NCBI RefSeq assembly: GCF_964204865.1
Contig: NC_135251.1
Location: 15,996,001 to 16,060,000, forward strand
DNA: 64,000 nucleotides
DNA from: Styela clava
Taxonomy: Eukaryota
Direction of reading: 5' to 3'
Shown: in pieces, positions 10,264-21,267 of the stretch
Layout: each line of letters starts with the position of its first letter
Numbering within the stretch: the first letter of the stretch is position 1
Made by a program: the position numbers and the translations under genes
The notes under the pieces: model-generated
What the model was told of the DNA's origin: nothing
Databases searched by the model: none
What the model saw: only the letters and a program-made list of their open reading frames with translations

Positions 10264-11462
10264 GCAGTTTACAACAAGTATCATATATACGTTAATTTGA
10301 AAATAAATATAAATACGTCAAGGCATTCCAACCAGGTATGCCCAGTAATCTCGCGTTTCAACAACAACAAAACAAGAAACGACTCCGTGCACCAATAATC
10401 GTAGTAGCCATGACGATAGCTGCGTTATGGTAAAGTCACAATGGTACCATTGTGAGGTGACTGTGGCCGTATGTAGAACATTGTATGGTGCAGGGCTACA
10501 GTTGTTTAGGTATCAATGGTAAAAATGAAGTTTCACGAACAGGAAGCCTACCAGTAGTATGGTATGCATGCAACGATAGTACCGGTAGTCATAAATAATT
10601 TAACCTTTTATGGTAAGAAGAAAATTGAACTTCAGTGTGTAACTGGAAGGCACATGATCAATGAATAAATGGTATTCTACAAAATCAAGGTAGGATTAAA
10701 TTTCATGTGGAACTAACCACTTCATACAAAACATGGAAAAAGCAAAGGTAGGTAGGTTGATAAAAATCTAATGTCAGTCAATTTATGACATAACGATGCC
10801 AAATGTACAAAGATAAAAAAAACAATTTACAATCGAATATGGTTTAACATTAAAATGATGTTATTAAGGGTGCCAGAGACCAAGATCTTAGTAACTTAGA
10901 TCGGGCTCAAATATTACCAATATATAACTGACTAAATTACATGACATCACAGTGCATGAACTATGCATGGTTTCTTCTTACACTAAAACGACAAGATCAA
11001 CCCAGGAAATTGAAACAGAGCTCTACAATCGGAAACACTCCCTTTCGTCCACCTCAGAAAGGGAGTGCATATGTGAAAGTGCTAATCCATAATTATGAGA
11101 GGAGCGACTCACTATTTAGCGATTCAACAGATAAAATATTATCTGCCCCTGCACACTTGGAAAGTAACCAAACATTAACAAAAATCGTGGACATAACAGA
11201 TTCAAACTTGGAAAATACGGATTTTAATACTAAAAGGATAAGACAAAGCACTTCATCGGAGTCGTCGTTCTCAACGATTCCAGAGGAGAAAAGAACACTG
11301 AAGAAAAAGAAATGACGTGAGTGCCAAATTTTTCTGTTTCGTTAAACACGTACCCTCGCTACGTCATATTATTGACATTAGATAAGTTTAAAGAAACGAA
11401 TTATGTAAACAGCTACCACAAAGCTCAGTTATATTGAGTTGATTACTTACTTAATTTGTGCA

Positions 11463-14400
11463 ATGGCATTAATCAAAATAGTATCTTTAAATTCAAATGG
11501 TTTTCAACATCGCTTGGATACTCTAAGAAATTTCATTGGACACGAGAGGCCTAATATCTTGTGTGTGCAAGAGGTGCACAGAATAGAAAAAACATCGGTC
11601 GCGCAGTGGGCGGAATCTTTGGGTTATAATGTATTCGTTAACACGCTGGACAAATTTGATAATTATTATACTAGCTTTAGACAAGGGACTCTGATCATGA
11701 CAAAGTTTGAAAATACTATAATCCCGGCCACATATACAATTCATATACTGCATCGTCTGGATAGCATCGAAATTGAAATTGACAATAATGTAATCAAGAT
11801 ATTCAACGTATATGCACCAGCTCAGAATGGACCGGAGAAAACTAAATTATTTGAAAACTTGGTGGCAACCCTAAAAAACTATACCGACTCATACGACCTA
11901 CTAATTGTAGGGGACTTCAATTGCGTTCTGGAACCACTCGACACGTTAATTACGAAAAACTTCAAACTACGGCCGCCAGAGAAAATACTTAAAAGTTTCA
12001 TCCAAAACAATAATATATTTGATACCTACTGTAAAAAATACCCCCAAAAACAAATATTTACTCATTATTTCGGAAAACAAGGACGCAGGATTGACAACAT
12101 CTACAACTCATATAATCCGCAACATTTGATATCACATATCGGGCACATACCAAACACTATAGCTGACCATCTCCTCTGTCCCACAATCAAATTAAAGCAA
12201 ATCAAGAAAATCCGCTGGGGGAAAGGGACCTGGCGGAACAACCTAACGCTCTACCACGACCCTATCTTTATTAGTATTATAAAAAACGTATATGAACATG
12301 CTCTGGCCGACATGGAGAACTTTAACAATATACAAGATTGGTGGGATTATTTAAAAAACAAAATTAAAAAAGTTTCGATTGCTTACTCTAAAACCAAAAC
12401 CCTGGACAAAAAAAAACAATATTGCCCGAATTCGTAAACAAATAGATGTCACCATCAATGAAGGCTTAGAGGGAAATGTAATTAAGATTGGAAATCTGAA
12501 AGCACAACTTAAATTAATGTTAGATGAGCGTAAACAATTGGATTTATTGATGGCTAATATGGAAAATTTAGAGAAAAATGAAAAACCAACAAGGATTTTC
12601 TACTCAAAAATAAAACAAAGAGCGAAACAAACTACTATAGAAAAACTAAAATCCAAACACAACACAATGACCTCAAACGAAGACGGGGTCATGTCGGAAA
12701 TCGAAGAATTCTATACAGAGCTGTGGAAAAATGAAAATGAGCCAGATATACGCCACCAGAAATACTATCTTAAATTAATAGGCCAAACTCAAATAAACGA
12801 AGAAGACAACAACCTCCTTGAACAACCGGTTACCCGGGAAGAGATCTACAATGCAATACAATGACTGCGTAACAACAAAACTCCCGGCATCGATGGTCTT
12901 TCGAAAGAGTTTTATACTACATTCTGGGACATAATAAAAACGCAGCTTATACAACTAATAAATAATATATTACTTTTCGGCCCATTTCCCAAATCATCAT
13001 CTATCGCTAAGGTAAAGTTACTATACAAGAAAAACGACGAGACGAAACTAAAAAACTGGCGACCTATTACCACTCTTAATATGGACTACAAAATCATCTC
13101 CAAAATCATAGTGAATCGTTTGGCCCCTATACTGAATAAAATTATAAGTCCCACACAAAAATGTTCCCTTTTGGATCGAAATATGTCGGATATCCATTAT
13201 AACATCGATGCCGTCATAAGGCATTGTAAACAAAAGGAAATACCAGGAACCATCGTCCTAATTGATAACCTTAAAGCATTTGATCGAGTAAATCACAATT
13301 TTCTATTTCGAACCCTGCAATATATCGGACTCGGGAACAAGACTTTGAAAGCTAAAAAAAATATGTATCGCGACAATAAAACTATCGTAGACTTAAACGG
13401 TAGACTATCTAGAGAGATAAATATAAGGAGAGGCATAAAGCAAGGATGCCCCTTGAGTATGCTCCTTTACGCCGTTATAGTTGAACTTCTGGCAAGATCA
13501 ATACGCGAAAATACAAACATACGCGGAATAAAGCTCGGACGCCATGAGTTTAAATTGGACCAGTTTGCAGATGACGTCACCTTCGCTGTACGAGACCAAA
13601 ATTCAATTGCACAAATCTTCCAAGAACTATATAACTTCCAATTAGCTTCCGGACAACAAATTAATCAGGATAAGACAGAAATATTATGTATTACAAAAAC
13701 ATCCCAAAATTTAATAACCAGGTCCCAATACAACAAATATATAAAAGAAACAGTAAAGATACTTGGAATAAAATTTGGACGTAAACAAATAGATAGAATA
13801 TGGGACGAAATAAAAACCAAGCTGATTGGAACCTTGAATTCTATAAAACCCAGACATCTCACTTGGCATGGAAAAATTTTAGTAATCAACTCTCTTATAA
13901 TGTCTATAGTAACTTTCCATGCAAAAGTAAAGACCATTTCGCCAAAAACAACCAAAGAAATAGAAAGCATACTATTTAAATTCCTCTGGCTGCCGGAAAA
14001 GATCGAGGCAATTGGAAGAAAAAAGCTCCAACTACCATTGACGGATGGGGGTTTAAACATGGTGGAGGTAAACTCCAAGATTGAGACATGTCAGGTAGAA
14101 AAGCTGGAAGCCTTTATGATTGGTAAAGACTTAAATCAATTCTGGCACCACGAAGGCCTGTATTCATTAGGATCAAAAATCAAATTTATAAATAAGGATT
14201 TATACTCCAACTCCACTCCCCACAGCAACGTAATCCCTATATACTGGGCTCATCTGTTCAAGATCTTTCAGAAAATTGACCTCACTCGTGACCAGTGGAT
14301 AACAGCAAGGCATAGACACATATACCAATCACTTAAAGAATATACTAGACAACAGTTACGGGAACAGCCACCACAACAACTAGCCATAAACTGGGAGGAA

Positions 14401-14946
14401 GTACACCTCTTCAATACAAGCTATATATCAAATGTAGAAAGAATTGTCTCCTATCGAATCACCCGAAATGGATACATCTTCGGGGAAAAGAAGCGGGGGA
14501 TGACGATCCGGTTCAACCCATCGGGCAAACTGAAAATCCTAAACTGTAAGTTATGGAAGGACAAATCGGACAACACCAAGCACATCTTTCTCAATTGTAA
14601 AACAACAGGTAATTATATTACAGAAATCTTGAACTGCCTCAATGCCATACTGGACACCCAAATTATCATAAATAAAGAACAGATTTTTTATAATAGTTAC
14701 AATGGCCCACATCAAATTGCTGTGACCAAAGCCTTTGTTCTACTGAAAAAGAACGTAATTAAATTAAAACTGCAACTAGACACCCTGGATCGATATCTGG
14801 CCCCCACAGACGATGACATCATACCCAAAACTGTAACCCAAATCATGGAATTCCTCATAATGATAAAACATAAATTCAATGACGTGCAACCTTTAGGACT
14901 AAGGAGTAACTGGAAGGAAATACTAAACGGCTATCTGACGGTCTAG
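11463..14946 (+). pseudogene. L1/Tx1 ORF2 (endonuclease-reverse transcriptase) with two lesions
   Basis: ATG 11463; frameshift at the A9 run ~12408-12416; in-frame TGA 12862-12864; otherwise continuous (ORF pieces 11439-12437, 12379-12864, 13081-14946). Confidence 0.9.
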
Positions 14947-15062
14947 CAAAATAAAATAGCAACTTGGGAACTTTTAAACAGCCACCATAAATGGTAGACC
15001 AAACCAAAATTCAAAACTGCTCGACGAACTTTGTTTTTAGCCCCGATAATACATTCAATACA

Positions 15063-15376
15063 GCGGAAATGATGAATCGGGATCTTCTCGGTGGATGTCA
15101 TGCTGCGTTATACGCGGTATGTACGGAAGCCGGGGTGGCCGAAGTTGTGCCCTGCTCTGCATGGCATGGACGGAAGCCCCAGGTTTAAGCGTATGCATTG
15201 CATATGTAGAAGCCCGTGGTGGAAGTCTGTGCTTTGCTGATGCGCGGCACATACTGAGGCCCACGGAAGTGTATGACTACTGCATGCAGTAGCATGCTTA
15301 TGAAGCGATTGACCGATATAACTCGGATATGACGTGTCTTAAAGACACTGATCTGAGTCTGGGAAAACTGATCTGC
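15063..15376 (+). ncRNA. Box C/D snoRNA-like structured module forming the 3' end of the L1/Tx1 element
   Basis: GCGGA-A-ATGATGA (box C 15069-15075) ... CTGA (box D 15368-15371)-TCTGC terminal stem, 2 nt before the A tail; k-turn hairpin 15321-15358 and many internal hairpins. Confidence 0.7.
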
Positions 15377-16311
15377 CATAAAATATAAAAAAAATAAAAT
15401 AAAAAAAAACCAACGGCTTTCGGCGCCGTTTGAAAGTTTTGGAAAGTTTCATTAAATATACTAATCCAAATGTTCTTTGTGTGCAAGAAGCACATAGAAT
15501 AGATAAAGACTCAGTGATTCTTTGGGCAAATGATTTCGGATACAATATACATTTCAATACTATAGGAAAATTCGACAAGCATCACACAAATTCTAAGCAA
15601 GGAACCGCTATTTTAGTCAAAATAGAAAACTCAATATTGCCGTCAACTTATACAATCCATATAAAGGACCGCATAGCATGTGATAGCATAGAAATTCGTG
15701 TCGATGATCACATTGTAAAAAATTTTAATGTATACGCCCCGGCTCAAGACAGACCGATTAAGACCGAATTCTACCAGAATCTGGTAAAAATACTGATAAA
15801 CTACTGTGACACCGACGAGATGTTACTCTTTGGCGATGTCAATCTAGTACTAGACCAAGCCGACACCTCAAACCCCAAAAATTTCAAAATTCGGGCCCAG
15901 AAAGAATCTTTAAACAATTTATTGAGCAGAACAACTTTTCGGACACCTTCAGAAAGAAATACCCCAAAAAACAAATTTATACATTTCTATTCCGATCACA
16001 TGGCCGTCGAATTGACAATATATATAATTCTAAAAATTTGGACCACCTAATTTCAAGAATTGAACACACAGCAAACACAATATCCGATCACCTGCTGTGT
16101 ACGGTGATTGAACTTGTGCAAATGAAAAAGGTCCGATGGGGGAGGGGCACGTGGCGCAATAATTTATCACTATACAGAGACCCAAAATATGTGGAAATTA
16201 CAAAAAACGTATACAAGGCCGCTCTTGCTGAATTAGACAATTATGACGTAATACAAGAATGGTGGGATATTTTGAAAATGAGAATAAAAAAGAGCACAGT
16301 AGCATACTCGA

Positions 16312-17231
16312 CAGGGGTCACCGGCTGTGTGGCCATCGTTAGTGTGCTAAGCGTTAGGTTCGCAGGTTAGAATCTCATGCGAGGATAGTTATGTGCAAGA
16401 GACTTGCTGGACCCCTTGCTGTTGTTGGGATGGCTTCCTTTGCCATCAAGTCTATGCTTACGAAAACGAATAACTTACCTATTCCAATACCCGACATGAA
16501 ATGGTAACCAGACGAGAGGCCTTGGTTCGCCATATGGTTAAGCCGTCTTATCGACCATCTTCTCCCCCGGGATAAATATGTAAATCCCATCCTATCCTGA
16601 GTTTATGTCAAAAATGTTGATTCACAAAGATAGGTTGAACGAAACAATGGTCTCGTAAAATAGAATTGCTGTATGATTTGAATCGCGAGCTTTTTCTGCC
16701 CGTACTGCGCTGGATAGTTAGCGCGGTAGCGTGACAAGCCGTGAAATATCTTTTCGCTTTGCCGTCGCTACAATCGCCCCACAAATGAGACACGCGCAGG
16801 CTGTTTTCATGTTGGTAAAAATATATCCACCCCCAATCATCATGAAAATGGTGGGTTTTTCATCGTTTTCTGCCATTTTTCTTTGGAATCAATAAATATA
16901 TTATTGCTGCTCCACAAACCAACGGACAAGAAAAAGCGCGGGTTCGTAGTAAGTGATATCAGCGTGATGTCATAATTGGAAGAGTGTTAATTGACCCGTC
17001 ACATTACTGAGGGTCAAATAAAAATCAGGTTGTTGGCTACAATAATTAATATAGTGCCATTCCCGATTCCCATATAAATGTGATTTATACAAGAATAGCA
17101 GGACAAAATTTAATCGATGCAGCTTACTCATAAGCGCCGTTATTAAGCTCTGTTTGGAACAGACCTGCGGGCGACTCATATGGTCTTCACGGGCGACTTG
17201 GTGCCCACGGGCAACGCGTTAGTGACCCCTG
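16312..17231. mobile_element. hAT-like non-autonomous DNA element inserted in the second L1
   Basis: TIRs caggggtcac / gtgacccctg; the L1 reading frame (AYSKNK) resumes after it; degenerate TSD ctc(taa)ga. Confidence 0.65.
16322..16598 (+). mobile_element. Probable tRNA-derived SINE nested in the hAT element
   Basis: A-box/B-box-like head (tggccatcgttag...ggttagaatct) and (ATCCT)n-like 3' tail (aaatcccatcctatcct). Confidence 0.5.
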
Positions 17232-17842
17232 CTCTAAGAACAAAGCAAAAACAAAACGTAATGCGATAACGCAGCTATGGGAAAGTCTAGACAAACTCAT
17301 TAATGAAGGAAAAAATGAGAATCTGCCGCAAATCGAAAGAATAAAACTTCAACTAAAAACATCACAAGAAGAGCGCAACCAACTAGATATCCTAATGGCC
17401 AAAATGAGTGACATGGAGCAACACGAAAAGCCAACAAAAACTTTCTTTGAGAAAATTAAAAGAAGGACAAAACAAACTATCATAGAAAAGCTGATCTCTC
17501 AAAATAACACCATAGTCACCGGCGAGGACGAAATAATATCGGTGATAGACTTCTACTCAACCCTGTGGGGAAAAGAGCACCAAACAAACGAGCTATATCA
17601 ACACCAATATCTCTCCTTAATGAGTCATACACAAATAACAGAGGACGAAAACCGCACATTGGAACAACCCGTCTCCAGTGAAGAAATTCTTGATACAATA
17701 AAGTCCATGCGCAACAACAAGTCCCCCGGCCTGGACGGCCTGAGTAAAGAATTTTATACAACTCTATCCGATTGATCACACTCTGATGAAAATGGGGTTT
17801 GAATCCGAGATCTTCAACCTGCCAGCGCAGTCATATACTAGG

Positions 17843-18231
17843 CAGGGGTTCTCAACATGGGGTTCGTGAACCCCTGGGGGATTTCCAGGAGTACTTGGAC
17901 GGCAGTCGAGTTTTTGTGTGTTGCTGTTTTTTAATAGTCTTTATTACTACTAGAGGAAAATGCGTGTCGATTGAAACTAGATGCCAATTGGAACGTAGAT
18001 TTTTCCTGGTGTTGCGTTGTTGTGATTGTGACGCAACAATGTAAAAGCCACGGCTTTGCAGGCAAATTGTGAAATCTCAAAAGACAGCAAGCTGCGAGCA
18101 AATCGTTAGTCAATATATCACAATTTTGTTCGATGTCTGATTACCGGGGGTTCGCGTTGATTGGTTCGTGACTCGGGGGGTGGGGGTGGGGGGGGGGGAG
18201 TACTTGACAGAAAAAAGGTTGAGAACCCCTG
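17843..18231. mobile_element. hAT/Charlie-type MITE
   Basis: TIRs caggggttctcaac / gttgagaacccctg; flanking duplication (a)tactagg. Confidence 0.8.
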
Positions 18232-18351
18232 TACTAGGGAGAAAAAAACTCCTGGAAAAAAGTGGAAAGACGAATGAAATATTGAAAAATCCAAACAGAA
18301 TGTGTTCGTGTTGATCAAATCGTATGTTTCAGATATGTAACGAAAGTGTCT

Positions 18352-18420
18352 GGTCTGATAAGAGACTTGAACCATTGACCGCTGGATTAAAAGTTTATGT
18401 TTTAATACTGGCAAGCTAGA
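18352..18420 (-). pseudogene. Degenerate tRNA-Lys(TTT) relic
   Basis: acttttaatccagcggtcaatggttcaagtctcttatcagac aligns with the 3' half of the array tRNA. Confidence 0.7.
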
Positions 18421-20423
18421 TACATATCAATTTAAATTTTTACCGAGACAAAAATATATGTTGTATGTATTCGAATTAAACGTTTTCAATCAAGCACTCT
18501 TAACGCTGCAAAGCAACATTCCAATTTGACTTTCATAACGACAAAAACTTAACAAAAAATAGACGCTTTTATTTTCTTTGAAAATTGGGTTTCCTTTGAG
18601 TGACTACTAGCTAATTACGCTTTATTATCAATTACTTAACTTGGGATAACAATCGTTTAATAAATTATGAGAGACTCCAAAAGCTGTTTTTGTGAAGTAA
18701 TTGAGATCAATGCGCAAAATGATTAACTATGAATTAAGAGATGAACGCAAAAATTAACAATAGTATTTGCACACTCAGAGTATTTAAGAAGAGGTAATGC
18801 AACCCACACGAGAGATTACATGCGATTTAGATTTTTTATAATGTAAATCAATATTTTTTAACGAAATATCCATAGGTAATTAGTTATCATGCAGCAGCAC
18901 ACAAATCATACGTCAAGAAAGAGTGTACGAACATATAAAAACGTATCGTTAGAACAAGGTGCTAAAAGTTTGCTTGCTGGATCAACTTGGTTTTTCGTTA
19001 CCTATGTTGTTTGCATTAAATAATAATAGAAGCAATTGTTGCATTGATAACGGCAGAACAAACTTCAATATATATTATCAAGCAATGCTGAGTAAACAGG
19101 CTAGAGCAAAGGAAATTGTTTCACACTTTAAACATAAACAAATTCAAGCACATACAACGTCAAAATGAATCTGCATTACAAAATAAATAAAATTTCAGTG
19201 ATCAAGCACAATTTTAAACTGATGAATGAAAAAATGATATTAAGAGATCAAATTTACACATTTAAAACCCGTTAAAAGAATTGCGTGTCTTGGCTTGGTC
19301 ACCCCGCCGCTACGATATTATGTTGATATTCGAAATACGCAGCGATAAAATTATATCTTATACGATTGGGAATTACTTGAAAAGTAGGGGTAGTGTTAAG
19401 AATAATCCAATTTACTATACGCTCATGATCATCATGAAACTATTAGCAACCGGCAAAACTGTGAGTCATTGATAGATTAGCGGCACTTCTAAAATTGTTT
19501 AAACTTTTTGTCGGGAATATACGGGTTGGACTAGGATGCGAGCAGTAGAAGAAACCGACGTGTGAAAAGCACGGCATGCCACTAGAAGTCAACTCTAATC
19601 TCAACCGAAATAACAAACACTCCACTGGGTGTTTGTTCCATCGAGCTCTATTTAATACTCTGGTGGAAATAAAAATTCCTACTCCTTTGTTGAGCGAAGG
19701 TAATTATAAATTAACCAAACAAACAAATTCAGCACACCTATGGGGCTACTGTCTTAGATTCAGAGTAGTTACGATTTATTATACTAATGGTTACAATAAA
19801 GATGATCTAGATTCTAGATTCTTGAGATAAATATATCGGAAACACCACAACACTGATACAGTACAGTCTACATTGGCAAGTAATCGGAAGATTCAAGATA
19901 TCTATATAAACATCGAGCATTCTCTGGAACAAATGATACTAAATATCCCGAATGTCTGATGAAGATATTCATTGACATATTTCCTATGTTAAAAAACTTT
20001 ATAAATTTCAATCCAGTGTAAATTCTCAGAGTTTAAATAATCTGTTACATGAAATGTTCTATAACGATAGGGTGGCGTAGCATTTCTCAACTTGGCAACT
20101 ATAGCCAACGTGTCAATACGTAACGCCGTGTCAATATATACCTTCAAATCCACATTTACATTGTGTTGATACGTATAATAATATCTGTCACTCATAATGT
20201 TAATAGAAAAGGTTGTCAAGACAGGTTTGTCAATGAGCTCTGCAAGATCATATAATATTCCCCTTATATGGCTATTCCTTCTCTTACCTCAGATAAAATT
20301 TAGTAAACTACTAAATAAAAATAAAGGTCAGAAGTAAAAAAATTAAACATTCTTGAGGATTTATTTATTATACGATAAAATATTTCAAATAAAATAACGA
20401 AAAAGCAACATAAAAGACGATTT

Positions 20424-21267
20424 TTACAATTAGGAACAAAAAGGAGATGAAATTATCGAACTACATTCAGATCCATACGCTTAATCGTTTGGATTCAGTT
20501 CTTTCGCTGGAGTTTGTTGGATAAAAGTTATTTGGTCAGACGCATCTGAAGATTCATCCAATATTTTGTCGATAAAATCAACATGACGAATTGGAAGATG
20601 AACGTTTTCCTGATTGAAGGAAAATGAAAATGAACTTTCTTTGCCGTGGCCGCAATGCTCTGAAATAACATCCATTGCGTCATTGAACGATTGCTCTGTG
20701 TCTTCAACTTCTAGTTCACATAAGTCATCAAATACTTTGTAGTTAAAGTCGGTGAAGAAAAAATAAGAAGATTCAATCGTTGGTTCTGAATTACAGTTTG
20801 ATTTAAAGTTCTGATTTAGGACATTGGCAGAAATTTCCGTAGAATTGCGCAATCCGTCAAAATCAGGCGTGACAAAGGTGTCAAACAATGGACGACAAGC
20901 TGCAGCATCAATAGCATTTATAAAATCCTCTTCTTCTGAACCTGAACTATACATTAACCTATATCGATCGTCAAAATCTTTTATACCTTCTTTGCATTCA
21001 TGTAGAAATTGGATATATTTTGGATAATTCAAGCGTTTGTTTCTTGTGAAGTTTTTGTCTTTTTGGAAGTCGAACTGAAATATTATTCTACAGCATTTCG
21101 AGTGCTTGATTAAAAACGCTTATTCGCTTTCTTTTGCAGCCTTTTTTTGTCTTTTTTGGTTTTCTGTAACTTGTTTGTTCCTCATGCTCAAATTTCCTTT
21201 TAAGAGACATTGTAGTTCCTCCTGACAAAAATGCAAGACCGGTTTCACAATTCCACAAATTGTTCAT
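20424..21267 (-). pseudogene. bHLH transcription factor pseudogene (copy A)
   Basis: Paralog of 29401-30249 with frameshifts in the basic region, TAG in helix 1 and stops near the C-terminus. Confidence 0.88.

Larger units (their letters stand above)
10985..15409 (+). mobile_element. L1/Tx1-clade non-LTR retrotransposon, 5'-truncated in ORF1, with ORF2 (APE endonuclease, RT, C-terminal Cys/His motif), structured 3' UTR and A-rich tail
   Basis: EN motifs CVQEVH, VGDFNC, RIDNIY, ADH; RT motifs KTPGIDG, WRPI, KAFDRV, RGIKQGCPLS, FADD; degenerate CCHC (CKLW...HIFLNC); A-rich tail ~15378-15409. Confidence 0.92.
15410..17770 (+). mobile_element. Second, older L1/Tx1 ORF2 fragment (EN domain to start of RT), frameshifted and interrupted
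   Basis: NGFRRRLKVLESF...CVQEAHRI, FNVYAPAQ, WGRGTWRNNLSLY, EKPTKTFF, NNKSPGLDGLSKEFY; paralogous to 11463-12920. Confidence 0.88.

Noticed and set aside
19950-19990. CTGATGA resembling a hammerhead core (also at ~17784)
   Set aside because: No stem II followed by GAAA and no closing stems.
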